A stretch of DNA of 64,000 nt from Spirochaetia bacterium (GTDB taxonomy: Bacteria; Spirochaetota; Spirochaetia; Treponematales; Treponemataceae): the NCBI GenBank assembly GCA_900767955.1, contig CAAGBC010000049.1, positions 14,992 to 78,991 of the forward strand. The letters run 5' to 3'. The notes beneath the pieces are model-generated. The model was not told where the DNA came from. It ran no database searches and saw only the letters and a list, made by a program, of their open reading frames with translations. The translations under genes and the position numbers were made by a program. Shown here in pieces: positions 30,632 to 41,538 of this stretch; position 1 is the first letter of the stretch; each line of letters opens with the position of its first letter.

Positions 30632-32759
30632 AAGTAAAAGCGTCTGTTCGTGCGATTTTAAGAATCTCATTATCACGAACAACATCAGCGATTCCTAAAG
30701 TTAAATTTCCTGCTTGTAAGGTTCCGGTTATTTCGCCGGGACCTCTTAATTTTAAATCTTGATTAGCAATAAAAAATCCATCAGTATTTTGTCTTAATAC
30801 TTTCATTCTTTCTATTCCCATTTGGGTTATTTTATTGCTATATATTAAAAAACAAAAAGATTGTTCTGAATTGCGTCCAACGCGTCCTCTTAATTGATGT
30901 AATTGTGCTAATCCAAATCTGTCTGCTTGTTCAATTACGATACAAGTTGCGTTTGCCACATCAACACCAACTTCAATAACTGTTGTTGCTGCCAAAATAT
31001 TTATTGTTCCTTTTTTAAATTCCAAAAGAACTTTTGCTTGCTCTTGTTCATCGATTTTTGAATGAACCAAGGCACATTTATATTCAGGAAATATTTGCTG
31101 TGATAAAATTTGAAACATTGATTCAGCTGATTTTATTTCTGAACCAGAAGAATCTGCTTCAATAGCTGGATAAACAAAATATGCTTGTTTTCCTTTTTGT
31201 AATTCCTTTCTTACAGCGTTGTAAGCATTTTGCTCGTTGCCTTCTTTGACTAAATATGTTGTGATTGGTTTTCTTCCTTCTGGCATTGTTTTGATAACAG
31301 AAACATCTAAATCACCAAAAACTGTTAATGCCAAAGTCTGAGGAATTGGCGTTGCACTCATCATTAAAAGATGTGGTTCAAAAGTTATTTTTTCATCTTC
31401 TGTTGTTCTTCCTTTTTCAATAATTGATTGGCGCTGAACAACTCCGAATCTGTGCTGTTCATCAATTATTGCCAATTGCAAGTCTTTGTATACTACTTGT
31501 TTTGAAAAAAGGGCATGAGTTCCAATGATTATATCAATTTCACCATTGCTTAATGATTTTAATAACTGATTTCGGCCAGAGGCTTTTACATTTCCTGTGA
31601 GGAACGCAATTCTTATTCCTAAGGGTTCCAAGATTGTGGCAGCTGATTCTGCGTGTTGTCTTGCAAGAATTTCTGTTGGCGCCATAATTGCACATTGGCC
31701 TTTCCAGTTTATAATTCTTAAACAAGCAAAAAATGCAACTAAGGTTTTTCCTGAACCAACATCTCCTTGTAACAACCGTGCCATTGTGAATGGAATTTTT
31801 GTTGTTTCATTTTTTAATAATGAAATTCTGTCTTTGTATCCTTGGTCAATGTCGTTATTCATTTGTGTAATAACTTTGCATTGGTCAGGTGTTAAATTAA
31901 ATTTTAATCTGTCTAGCAATTGTTGTTGCAACGGAGATAAAGTTTCGTAAAAATCTTTTTGATTTATGATAAGTTTGTTTTCGGAATAAGTTTCTTCTGT
32001 TTCTAAATCAATTGTTGGAATGTATCCTTTGTGTTTCCATGCGCGAGAAGCAATTACACATTGAAAATTAAATAATTCTTCGTAGATTAATGTGTTTCGC
32101 GCGTTTTGAGCATCATTTATTGTTTTTGGACAATGAATTAATTTTATTGCTTCTTGTTTTGATAATAAATTTCTTTTTTGAATATATTCTTCAGGAAGTT
32201 CGTTTTCAATTCCGTGAACATATTGGTTAATTGCAGTTTGAATAAATTTTCTTATGTTTTTTTGTTTTAGGCCTTCTGTCAAAGGGTAAACTGGAAGAAT
32301 TCCTGTGTCAGGAAGTGGTGTATTTTGAAAATCTTCTAAATTGCCCGAATTTGCCATTTTAACAGCTTCAAATGATGTGCTTTGAATCTGACCATATTTT
32401 TCTGAAAAAGTCCCCGTCACAGCGATTATAGAGCCTACAGGAAGAGAATTTTGCAAGAATTGACGATTAAATGCAATTAATGAAGCAGATGCAGTTCCAT
32501 CGGAAACAATAATTTTTAGGGTTTTCATTTTTCCGTAGCCAAACCATTCGTGGGCAATAACTTGTGCAATTGTATGAACTTTTGATGAAAACTGAAAATT
32601 ATCTATTGAAATGCGTTTAGTTCTATCTTCGTAATTTTTTGGGTAAAATGATAATAAATCAGAAACTGTAAAAATATTTAGTTTTGCAAATAGTTTTGCA
32701 GCTGCAGGGCCGATTCCTGAAATTGTTGTGATTGAATTTTTTATATCTTGTAATTTCAT
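30603..32759 (-). CDS. recG: ATP-dependent DNA helicase RecG
   Basis: Walker A GDVGSGKT, DEQHRFGV box and helicase C-terminal motifs. 718 aa. Confidence 0.85.
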   Translation of the reverse strand: MKLQDIKNSITTISGIGPAAAKLFAKLNIFTVSDLLSFYPKNYEDRTKRISIDNFQFSSKVHTIAQVIAHEWFGYGKMKTLKIIVSDGTASASLIAFNRQFLQNSLPVGSIIAVTGTFSEKYGQIQSTSFEAVKMANSGNLEDFQNTPLPDTGILPVYPLTEGLKQKNIRKFIQTAINQYVHGIENELPEEYIQKRNLLSKQEAIKLIHCPKTINDAQNARNTLIYEELFNFQCVIASRAWKHKGYIPTIDLETEETYSENKLIINQKDFYETLSPLQQQLLDRLKFNLTPDQCKVITQMNNDIDQGYKDRISLLKNETTKIPFTMARLLQGDVGSGKTLVAFFACLRIINWKGQCAIMAPTEILARQHAESAATILEPLGIRIAFLTGNVKASGRNQLLKSLSNGEIDIIIGTHALFSKQVVYKDLQLAIIDEQHRFGVVQRQSIIEKGRTTEDEKITFEPHLLMMSATPIPQTLALTVFGDLDVSVIKTMPEGRKPITTYLVKEGNEQNAYNAVRKELQKGKQAYFVYPAIEADSSGSEIKSAESMFQILSQQIFPEYKCALVHSKIDEQEQAKVLLEFKKGTINILAATTVIEVGVDVANATCIVIEQADRFGLAQLHQLRGRVGRNSEQSFCFLIYSNKITQMGIERMKVLRQNTDGFFIANQDLKLRGPGEITGTLQAGNLTLGIADVVRDNEILKIARTDAFTFMKHKIQGV

Positions 32760-32768
32760 ATTTCAACA

Positions 32769-33371
32769 TTAAACAGGAATAAGGGTGCATAGATAACATA
32801 AATAGTTAATTACGAATTTTCCTAAGAACAAGCAAATTACTAAAATTATGATTGAAATTAATAATCCTGTCTTGTAACTTAATGCTCCATTTTTGGCAAA
32901 TGGTCTTGATAATTTAAATACGATGTTTGAAAATGCGCTATCAAATTGAGCCCAAACTGAACCATAATAATTTTTGTTTTTGCTAACAAGCATAACAATA
33001 AAGCGAATTGCTAAAAATAACAAAAGCATTGAAATTACTGAAGAAAGAATAGACCAAATTAAGCTAATGATTAAAGCAAGAATTCCACCTATATGAACTC
33101 GTCCTGAGTGTGCAATTCCTTGAAGAATTGTTGATATTGCAGTTAAAAGTCCAATTGCTAACATTGGAGAAAAATCTAAGTTCCCAAGGTTTAAGGGAAT
33201 TTTTCTGAATAGATTTAAATATGGATCACAAATTGCTGATAAAATTTGACCAACTTTGCTATATTCTAGCCCAGGAATCCAAGTAAGTATGATTCTTACA
33301 AAACATAAAGTTGTATAAAGTGAAATCCCTTTTATTAAAAGTGAAAAAATCTGAATCATTATATTCTCCAA
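32769..33371 (-). CDS. YggT-family integral membrane protein
   Basis: Multi-pass membrane protein with YggT-like ...CDPYLNLFRKIPLNLGNLDFSP... Confidence 0.5.
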   Translation of the reverse strand: MENIMIQIFSLLIKGISLYTTLCFVRIILTWIPGLEYSKVGQILSAICDPYLNLFRKIPLNLGNLDFSPMLAIGLLTAISTILQGIAHSGRVHIGGILALIISLIWSILSSVISMLLLFLAIRFIVMLVSKNKNYYGSVWAQFDSAFSNIVFKLSRPFAKNGALSYKTGLLISIIILVICLFLGKFVINYLCYLCTLIPV

Positions 33372-33372
33372 T

Positions 33373-36300
33373 TTATTCTGTCCAAACGTCTTTTACGAAT
33401 GGCATATCTAAGAGTTGTTGAATTAATTCTTTGTCTGGTTGAACTGTTAATTGCTGATTAGCTTTTACTATATAGTTTCCATTTTGTGTGTCTATATGAA
33501 AATATATATAACAACTACCTGTTTTGGCAAATAAAAATTCTTTTATTGAATTAAGATCTGTTTCAGAGTTAAATGAATTGTCTAATTCAATATGCAATTC
33601 CTTAATGGAATGTTGTTTTAACTGTTCTATTGGTTCTATTGAATCAACAAGGAAGGAAGGAGTTTCTCGGCTTCCGTCGACTTTTCCTTTGAAGCAGTAA
33701 ACACCGTCTTCTTTTATTTGTGAATATAAAATAGCCCAAGTTTTAGGGAAGAAAGTTAAATCAATTTCTCCGTAAATATCTTGAAGTTTTGCAAACGCCA
33801 TTGGTTTATTATCTTTTTTTGTGTAAATAATTCTAAGGCCAGAAATAATTCCCAATATGGTGTAAGTTTTTCCTGAATTGCGTGATTGCCAAGAATTTTG
33901 TCCACTTGATAATAATGCATTTTTTTCAGCTTCGGCTTCTTTTCCTGCTCGTTCAATATTTTGAGAAGTAAGGGAAATTGATGTTTCAATAACTTTTCTG
34001 TATTCATCAAGAGGATGCCCACTAACATAACAACCAATACAGTCTTTTTCCATGTTTAGTTTTTCACGAGGAGGCATATCTTCTGAAATACTAAAGACAA
34101 AATCAACGAATGTTTTTTCTTCTGTGTCGCCGAACAAATCACCTTGACCAGATTCTTCGTTAATTTTGATATTTTCTACATATTCAGTTGCTTGTTCTGC
34201 ATTTAACAATAATGTTGCGCGATTAAATTTCTTTAATGCGTGATCACTTGTGTCTTCAATTCCCACATTGTCAAAAGCACCAGTTTTAATAAGAACTTCC
34301 ACAGCGCCTTTATTTACAGTTCTTAAATCTACACGCTTTAGGAAATCCATAAAACTCTTGAATGGACCATCTTTTTTACGCTTGCTAATAATTTCTTCAG
34401 CAGCAGCTTCACCCATTCCTTTAATTCCCTGAAGCCCAAAAACGATTCTTCCGTCTACAACATCAAAAACTGAATCTGAACGGTTAATATCAGGTGGATC
34501 AATTTCTATTCCCATGGAACGACCTTCAGCAATGTACTGAGGAAGCTTATCTGTACTAGAAATTTCGTTTGTTAAGTTGGCAGCAATAAATTCCGCAGGG
34601 AAGTGAGCTTTTAAGTATGCTGTTCTGTAGGCAACAACTGAGTAAGCTGCGGCGTGACTTTTGTTAAATCCGTAACCAGCAAATGGAACCATGATTTCAA
34701 AAATGTCAGCAGCGTGTTCTTCTGTAAAACCAGATTTAATTGCACCTTCGATAAATTCTTTCTTTTTTCCCAATAGAACTTCTGGTTTTTTCTTACCCAT
34801 AGCACGACGAAGCATATCTGCTCCACCAAGAGAAAAGCCTGCAATGCGTTGTGCAACTTGCATAACTTGTTCCTGATAAACCATAACGCCATAAGTTTCT
34901 TTTAAAATATCTTCAAGACATGGGTCAGGGTAGTGAACAGTTTCTGGCTTCCATTTTCCGTCAATGTAATTAGGAATATAATCAAGAGGACCTGGGCGAT
35001 ACAACGCATTCAATGCAACAAGTTCTTCGATACAACGAGGTTTAGCTTGGCGAAGAATTTTTTGCATTCCAGGACTTTCAAACTGGAATACGGCAACTGT
35101 GTCACCACGACAGAATAAATCAAATGTTTTTTCATCTGATTCATCAACAGTATTAGTGTCAAAATTTTCAAAGCCAGGACGCTTTTTGATAATTCGTTCT
35201 GCGTATTTTATCAATGTTAATGTTTTTAATCCCAAGTAGTCCATTTTTACAAGACCACATGGTTCAATAATATCCATTGTAAACTGAACAGCAACTTTTC
35301 CTGTTTTAGCATCTTTAAAAACTGGAGCCCAATCTGGAAGTTCTGTTTTTCCAATAACAATACCAGAAGCGTGCAAACCTGTGTTTCTGTTTACATTTTC
35401 AAGCTTTAATGCCAAATCAAATAATTCTTTATAACGAGGGTCTTCCCTGTACTGAATAAGTTGCCCGTTATCTGGATGTTTATCATCTGGAGGAGTGAAT
35501 GCATCTTTTAATTTTGCTTTTGGGTTTTCTGGAATTCCTTTTTTTAGCATATTTACTTCTGCTAATGGAATACCTAAAACTCGCCCAACATCAGCAATAA
35601 CTTGTTTTGCTTTTAATGTACCAAATGTAATAATATGCCCAACTTGTGGGTCGCCGTAATGTTCCCTTGTGTACTGAATAACGCTTTGACGACCTTCGAA
35701 GCACATATCAACGTCAAAATCGGGCATACTAACGCGTTCAGGATTTAAGAATCGTTCAAAAATTAATTTATATCTAAATGGGTCAATGTCGGTGATTGTC
35801 ATTGCGTATGCCACAAGAGAACCAGCACCAGAACCACGACCAGGCCCAATAGGAACATCGTGAGTTTTTGACCAGTTGATGAAGTTCCAAACTATAAGGA
35901 AGTAACCAGCAAATCCCATTTTGAAAATAATATCAAGTTCGTACATTGCTCGGTCTACAATTTCTTGAGTAACGGTTTTATAACGATTGCGTAAACCTTC
36001 TTCTACAAGATGAAGCATGTATGCGTCTTGGCTTACATATTCTTTTGGAATTTTATAAACAGGAAGACAATCTTTTAATTCTTCAGTTTTGTACTGAGGA
36101 ATTGTTAAATCACACATATTTGCGATTTTCATTGTGTTGTCTATCATTTCTGGATAATCAGGGAAAAGCATGCGCATTTCATCTTCGGTTTTCATGTAGA
36201 ATTGGTCAGATTCAAAGCGCATTCTGTTTGGGTCATCACGAAGTTTTTTTGTTCCAATACAAAGCAAAATATCTTGTGCTACAGCATCTTCTTGGCGTGC

Positions 36301-37005
36301 GTAGTGAATATCGTTTGTGACAACCATCGGAATATTAAATTTTTTTGCAATTTCAATCAGTTTTGGTGCAACTTCTTTTTGAATTGCTAATCCGTGGTCT
36401 TGTAATTCAATGTAATAATGGTCAGGGCCAAACAGTTTTGCGTATCGCTGAACTAATTCTTCTGCTTTGTCTATATCGCCGTGAAGTAGCATTTGTGGTA
36501 ATTCACCAGCTACACAAGCAGAAAGACAAATTATTCCTTCGTGGTATTTTTCTAGTAATTCCCAGTCAATACGAGGTTTGTAATACATTCCTTCTGTATA
36601 TGCTTTTGATGAAAGCCAACAAAGGTTTTTATATCCTTGAACATTTTTTGCAAGAAGAACTAAGTGATAATTATATTTTTTTCTAGTTTTTCCAGATTCG
36701 TCTGATTCTGTGTATGGAGAAGGATTTTGTTCAAATCTGCTTCCTTCTGCAACATAAAATTCCTGACCAACAATTGGATTTATGCCATTTAAATGACACA
36801 ATTTTTCAAAATTCAATACACCAAACATATTTCCGTGGTCAGTAATTGCAAGTGCTTTCATGTTTAATTCTTTTGCACGAGCAACAAGAGTATCAATTTT
36901 TGAAGCTCCGTCTAAAAGAGAATAATCAGTGTGTACATGAAGATGAACGAAATTAGATTCTGGGGTACCTTCTGGTGCGTCGGGAAATTTATGATAATCA
37001 GCCAT
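33373..37005 (-). CDS. dnaE: DNA polymerase III alpha subunit
   Basis: N-terminal PHP domain HLHVHTDYSLLDGA. 1210 aa polymerase core. Confidence 0.9.
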   Translation of the reverse strand: MADYHKFPDAPEGTPESNFVHLHVHTDYSLLDGASKIDTLVARAKELNMKALAITDHGNMFGVLNFEKLCHLNGINPIVGQEFYVAEGSRFEQNPSPYTESDESGKTRKKYNYHLVLLAKNVQGYKNLCWLSSKAYTEGMYYKPRIDWELLEKYHEGIICLSACVAGELPQMLLHGDIDKAEELVQRYAKLFGPDHYYIELQDHGLAIQKEVAPKLIEIAKKFNIPMVVTNDIHYARQEDAVAQDILLCIGTKKLRDDPNRMRFESDQFYMKTEDEMRMLFPDYPEMIDNTMKIANMCDLTIPQYKTEELKDCLPVYKIPKEYVSQDAYMLHLVEEGLRNRYKTVTQEIVDRAMYELDIIFKMGFAGYFLIVWNFINWSKTHDVPIGPGRGSGAGSLVAYAMTITDIDPFRYKLIFERFLNPERVSMPDFDVDMCFEGRQSVIQYTREHYGDPQVGHIITFGTLKAKQVIADVGRVLGIPLAEVNMLKKGIPENPKAKLKDAFTPPDDKHPDNGQLIQYREDPRYKELFDLALKLENVNRNTGLHASGIVIGKTELPDWAPVFKDAKTGKVAVQFTMDIIEPCGLVKMDYLGLKTLTLIKYAERIIKKRPGFENFDTNTVDESDEKTFDLFCRGDTVAVFQFESPGMQKILRQAKPRCIEELVALNALYRPGPLDYIPNYIDGKWKPETVHYPDPCLEDILKETYGVMVYQEQVMQVAQRIAGFSLGGADMLRRAMGKKKPEVLLGKKKEFIEGAIKSGFTEEHAADIFEIMVPFAGYGFNKSHAAAYSVVAYRTAYLKAHFPAEFIAANLTNEISSTDKLPQYIAEGRSMGIEIDPPDINRSDSVFDVVDGRIVFGLQGIKGMGEAAAEEIISKRKKDGPFKSFMDFLKRVDLRTVNKGAVEVLIKTGAFDNVGIEDTSDHALKKFNRATLLLNAEQATEYVENIKINEESGQGDLFGDTEEKTFVDFVFSISEDMPPREKLNMEKDCIGCYVSGHPLDEYRKVIETSISLTSQNIERAGKEAEAEKNALLSSGQNSWQSRNSGKTYTILGIISGLRIIYTKKDNKPMAFAKLQDIYGEIDLTFFPKTWAILYSQIKEDGVYCFKGKVDGSRETPSFLVDSIEPIEQLKQHSIKELHIELDNSFNSETDLNSIKEFLFAKTGSCYIYFHIDTQNGNYIVKANQQLTVQPDKELIQQLLDMPFVKDVWTE

Positions 37006-37066
37006 AATTCAATTTTATATTAAAATATAAACAATAACAATAATTCATTTGAGTAATATAAAAAAA

Positions 37067-37112
37067 AGGCTATCCAATTTGTAATGATAATTTTCATCAC
37101 AGTGGATAGCCT
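37067..37112 (-). terminator. Terminator of the chemotaxis-receptor gene
   Basis: aggctatcca ... tggatagcct forms a 10-bp stem with a long loop. On the minus strand it is followed by a T-run. Confidence 0.5.
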
Positions 37113-37134
37113 TTCAATGTTTTATATTGAATTA

Positions 37135-39012
37135 TTAATTTTTAAGTTTGAATTTGCTGATTTCATTATGAAGAAGGTCTAGCTGAGCTTTGTTTTCTTC
37201 TGAATGTTCACCAACAATATTAATTGCACTTATGATTTCAGAAACTCCATCAGAAATAGCATTCATAGATTCGTTAGTTTCTTTTGTTGTTTCACTAAGA
37301 ACTTTCATTTCTTCAACAATCTGTTCACCGCCAGTCATCATTTCTGCAGCGCTATCTTTTACTTCATTAGTAGATTCGTTGATAGAACGAATTCCTTCAA
37401 GAACTTGCTGGTTACCTGCAGTTTGTTCAGTCATTGCATTTGAAATAATATTTTCTTGTTCTTTAACTGTTTGAGTCAAATCATAGATAATATCAAATTG
37501 CTGCTGAACTTGTTTTGTATTAACTGCAACTTGTGAAATAGATTCAGAAAGTGTTTTAAGATTTTGGTCAATTGCTTTTGCTTGTTTATCTGACTGTTCT
37601 GCAAGTTTACGGATTTCGTCAGCAACAACAGCAAATCCTTTACCTGCATCTCCTGCATGTGCAGATTCAATAGCAGCGTTCATAGCAAGTAAGTTTGTCT
37701 GGCTTGCAATATTTTGAATGATTTTACTTGCTTCAATAAGACCTGCTGATTGACCAATAACTGCTTCAGAAGTTTCTACAGCACTTCTAACGCTTCTGCG
37801 ACCATCATCTGATGCTACTGTCAATTCTTTTACTGTTGCTGTGTTTTTTTCAAGGATTGAAGAAACGCTATTAACATTTGCAACCATTTGTTCCACAGCA
37901 GCAGAAGATTGTGTAACACCTGCAGCCTGATTTTCTACAGCTTGATTCAATCGTTTAATTCTTTCAAGAATTTGTTCTGTAGCAGCACTTGCTTCTTCAA
38001 CACCAGCAGATTGATTATTCATGCCGATTTTTACATTATCAATAGTTTGTGTAATTCTTTCTACACATTCTGCACTTGTGTGAAGTTTTTCTTTTAATTC
38101 TTCAGCATTTTGAATTGTAGCATCAGTTGCTTTTTTGAAATCAACAAGAACTTGTCCAGTAGTGTTATAAAGTTTATTAACATGATTACCCATTGTTCCA
38201 AATTCGTTTCTAGATGTAATTTCAATATCTGTTAAATCAAAGTTGTGTTCTGCTAAAGTGCTAATGTAGTCATCTACAATGTTTAACTGTTTTTTAATGC
38301 GATTTATATTAACAATAACATTTACTAAAACCGCAGCTGAACAGATTAAAAGTGGAGTTAGAAGAATTTCTACGATTTCTGTAATACTATCTGTTTGCAT
38401 AATTGTAGGAACAATTGCTGCTCCAATAATTGTAATGATTAAACCAAAAACACAAAGTGTTGTAATTGTAATAAATCTAGTTGCTATAGAAGATGTTCTG
38501 TATTTTTTGTTATATGGAATAAAAGAAACATGTTTTTCTAAGTTTGTACAGAAAATAACATAACCAATTGAAATTAACTGAATTGCAATTCCTAAGTAAA
38601 GCATTGTGATATGCATCATAGGAATTTTTTGATTTAAATTAGAATACTCAATTTCATTTATGCGTGCTTCAATTCCCATTGTGAGTGGCATGATAATTGC
38701 CATAAAAATTGCTGTAAAATATACAAATTTATCAATTTTTACTAGAAATGTGTTTGTTTCATGAATTGAACTTTCTGTTTGTGTGAAATTTGATATTTTT
38801 GAATTATATAATTTATAAATAACGATTGGAGTTGCTATTGTTAGCAAAATTACCAACATAGAAGGAACATTTAAAATTACAGTTTTAAGTTCTTCTAGTG
38901 TCATAACATTTTCTATTAATGCTAAACTAACAAAAGCAAAAAAAGGTAAAATGTTCATTCCCAATAACACGACTAATGCAATAATCGGTAATGTTTTTTT
39001 GTCATTTTTCAT
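37135..39012 (-). CDS. Methyl-accepting chemotaxis protein
   Basis: Two TM segments, a HAMP-like linker, and the conserved signalling domain with Gln/Glu-rich methylation heptads (...[32 protein letters not shown]...). Confidence 0.85.
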   Translation of the reverse strand: MKNDKKTLPIIALVVLLGMNILPFFAFVSLALIENVMTLEELKTVILNVPSMLVILLTIATPIVIYKLYNSKISNFTQTESSIHETNTFLVKIDKFVYFTAIFMAIIMPLTMGIEARINEIEYSNLNQKIPMMHITMLYLGIAIQLISIGYVIFCTNLEKHVSFIPYNKKYRTSSIATRFITITTLCVFGLIITIIGAAIVPTIMQTDSITEIVEILLTPLLICSAAVLVNVIVNINRIKKQLNIVDDYISTLAEHNFDLTDIEITSRNEFGTMGNHVNKLYNTTGQVLVDFKKATDATIQNAEELKEKLHTSAECVERITQTIDNVKIGMNNQSAGVEEASAATEQILERIKRLNQAVENQAAGVTQSSAAVEQMVANVNSVSSILEKNTATVKELTVASDDGRRSVRSAVETSEAVIGQSAGLIEASKIIQNIASQTNLLAMNAAIESAHAGDAGKGFAVVADEIRKLAEQSDKQAKAIDQNLKTLSESISQVAVNTKQVQQQFDIIYDLTQTVKEQENIISNAMTEQTAGNQQVLEGIRSINESTNEVKDSAAEMMTGGEQIVEEMKVLSETTKETNESMNAISDGVSEIISAINIVGEHSEENKAQLDLLHNEISKFKLKN

Positions 39013-39140
39013 AATTATTTATTCCTCATTATTTTAAAATGTAGTTTTATTTAGTATAAATCAGAATTTGAGATTTTCAACTTTTTTATTAAATTTTGTT
39101 ATATTTTTTTAGGGCAAGGGATTGTAGCAACTGCGAAGCA

Positions 39141-39187
39141 GGGGGAATAACAATAAGTGCTGTTTTCAGAACTTATTGTTATTCCCC
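39141..39187. other. Perfect 17-bp-stem hairpin in the MCP/ptp intergenic region
   Basis: ggggaataacaataagt (loop gctgttttcaga) acttattgttattcccc. Confidence 0.8.
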
Positions 39188-39204
39188 TGAGCCGCGGTTA
39201 GACG

Positions 39205-39234
39205 GCGAATTGCGAAAAGCCCGGTTTTTGATTA
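39205..39234 (+). promoter_or_regulatory. Conserved ~30-nt leader motif, copy 2 (gacggcgaattgcgaaaagcccggtttttg)
   Basis: Matches 5644-5676. Lies upstream of the ptp-gltX gene pair. Confidence 0.5.
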
Positions 39235-39323
39235 ATGAGTGGAAGGAATTAATCAAAAATGACCCCGTAAAATAAAAAATATTATATCTTTATTATTGTT
39301 TATTGTTTTGTTATATTACTGTT

Positions 39324-39776
39324 ATGACTAAAATTTTATTTGTTTGCCATGGAAACATTTGTCGCTCTCCAATGGCTGAATTTGTAATGAAAAAAATTGT
39401 AAAAGATGCGGGGATGGAAAATGATTTTGTTATCGAATCTGCCGCTGTTAGTTCTGAAGAAATTGGAAATGATGTGCATCCTGGAACTAAGGAAAAACTT
39501 ACTCAGATGAATGTTCCTTTTGCAAAGCGTCGTGCAAGAAAAATTACTCCTGCAGATTACGACTATTTTGATTTGCTAATCGGAATGGATGTTCAAAATC
39601 TTTATTATATGGAAAACGCTTGGAATAAAGACCCTAATGATAAAGTTAAGTTGCTTTTGACTTACGCAGGTAAAGATAGAGATATTGCAGACCCTTGGTA
39701 TACTCACAATTTTGATGATACTTATGAAGATATTGTGGAAGGTTGTACTGCGTTATTTAACTCAATTGTAAAATAA
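39324..39776 (+). CDS. Low-molecular-weight protein-tyrosine phosphatase
   Basis: P-loop CHGNICRSPMAE and a DP motif further in. ATG at 39324 is preferred over the TTG at 39303. Confidence 0.8.
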   Translation: MTKILFVCHGNICRSPMAEFVMKKIVKDAGMENDFVIESAAVSSEEIGNDVHPGTKEKLTQMNVPFAKRRARKITPADYDYFDLLIGMDVQNLYYMENAWNKDPNDKVKLLLTYAGKDRDIADPWYTHNFDDTYEDIVEGCTALFNSIVK

Positions 39777-39833
39777 TGTACTATTTACTATAATATACAT
39801 TAATAGATAGATTTATTAACATGAGGAATTTAT

Positions 39834-41411
39834 ATGTCAGAAAATGAAGTTCGTGTTCGTTATGCTCCATCTCCTACTGGAATGCAGCACATTGGTGGAG
39901 TTCGTACTGCACTTTTTAATTATTTGTATGCACGTTCAAAAGGCGGAAAATTTATTCTTCGTTTGGAAGATACAGACCGCACTCGTTATGATGAAAAATA
40001 TGTAAAAAATCTTTATGACACTTGTTCTTGGCTTGGCATTGAATGGAATGAAGGCGGAGAAAAGGGTGGAGAATATGGCCCTTATGTTCAGAGTGAAAGA
40101 TTTGAATTGTATAAAAAATATGCTTTTGAATTGGTAGAAAAAGGTGAAGCTTATTACTGTTTCTGTGATTCAGAACGCCTTGATAGAATTCGTAAAATTC
40201 AAACTGAAAATAAAATGGCTCCTGGTTATGATAGAAACTGTCGCCATTTAACTCCAGAAGAAGTAAAAGCAAATCTTGACGCTGGAAAACCTTATGTAAT
40301 TCGTTTGAAAGTTCCAATGGAAGGTGTTACAAAATTTCATGACCATCTTCTTGGTGATATTGAATGGAAAAACGAAGATATAAGCCCAGATCCTGTTTTG
40401 TTAAAAACTGACGGATTCCCAACATATCACTTGGCAAATATTGTTGATGATCATTTTATGAAAATCACTCATGTTATGCGCGCTCAGGAATGGATTCCTT
40501 CTACTCCTTTGCATGTTCAGATGTATCGTGCATTTGGTTGGGAACATCCAGAATTCTGTCACCTTCCAATGGTAAACGGAAAAGACGGACAGAAACTTTC
40601 TAAACGCCATGGTGCAACTTCTGTAAATGAATTTAGAGCAAGAGGATATTTACCACAGGCAATTATTAACTATGTTGCTATGCTTGGTTGTTCTTATGTT
40701 GAAGGTCAGGATATTTATACTCTTGAAGAATTAGCTCAAAACTTTAAGTTGGAACATTTGAATAAATCTCCTGCTGTTTTTGATTATAAAAAACTTGAAT
40801 GGTACAACGGTCAGTATATTCGTATGCTTTCTGATGAAGAATTGTACAAAGCTACTTTACCATTTATTACTAAAACAGGAGATGCTGCATTAGAAATTAA
40901 TGTTTCTGATGAATTCCCTGCTCCTCATGTAGGCCCTGAATATTCAGGAATTGCTCTTGGTGATGATGGAGAACCTGTTTGTGTTGATACTTCAATGAAT
41001 ATGAGTAGCGCTGATGTAAAAAAAGCATTGATGGAACTTATGCCATTAATTAAGGAACGCTTAAAGTATCTTACAGAAGCTGCTGAAATGGTTCACTTCT
41101 TGTTTACTGAACCTGCTGTTCCTGCTGCTGATCAAATTATTCCTAAAAAATTAGATTTAGCAAAAACTAAAGAAGTTTTGGAAGCTTCAAAAGAATTTGT
41201 AAAAGCATTACCTAATTTGGATCACGAAGGAAGTGAAGCTTTGGCTCGTGAAATGGCAGAAAAGCTTGGAGTAAAACTTGGTGACTTTATGATGCCAATT
41301 CGTATGGCTGTAACTGGAAGTAGAGTTTCTCCTCCATTGATGGGTTCAATTTTGATTTTAGGCGTAGAACGTTCTTTGGAAAGAATTGAACGCACATTAC
41401 AAACTTTATAG
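39834..41411 (+). CDS. gltX: Glutamate--tRNA ligase
   Basis: RYAPSPTGMQHIGG (HIGH-type) and KLSKR (KMSKS-type) motifs. Confidence 0.9.
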   Translation: MSENEVRVRYAPSPTGMQHIGGVRTALFNYLYARSKGGKFILRLEDTDRTRYDEKYVKNLYDTCSWLGIEWNEGGEKGGEYGPYVQSERFELYKKYAFELVEKGEAYYCFCDSERLDRIRKIQTENKMAPGYDRNCRHLTPEEVKANLDAGKPYVIRLKVPMEGVTKFHDHLLGDIEWKNEDISPDPVLLKTDGFPTYHLANIVDDHFMKITHVMRAQEWIPSTPLHVQMYRAFGWEHPEFCHLPMVNGKDGQKLSKRHGATSVNEFRARGYLPQAIINYVAMLGCSYVEGQDIYTLEELAQNFKLEHLNKSPAVFDYKKLEWYNGQYIRMLSDEELYKATLPFITKTGDAALEINVSDEFPAPHVGPEYSGIALGDDGEPVCVDTSMNMSSADVKKALMELMPLIKERLKYLTEAAEMVHFLFTEPAVPAADQIIPKKLDLAKTKEVLEASKEFVKALPNLDHEGSEALAREMAEKLGVKLGDFMMPIRMAVTGSRVSPPLMGSILILGVERSLERIERTLQTL

Positions 41412-41538
41412 TGAATTAAAGGCTTGGTTTTTGTAAAAAGAATCAAGCTTTTTTTTATAAATTTTTTGAAAAAATTTTTGTAAATTACTTTTCATAGAAT
41501 ATTAAAATGTGTTAAAAATTAATATAGGAGTTTTTAGT

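Noticed and set aside
21244-37112. Shared tggatagcct in the terminator hairpins after the OMP paralog and the MCP gene
   Set aside because: It is only a 10-mer, expected by chance at this length. The flanking arms differ.
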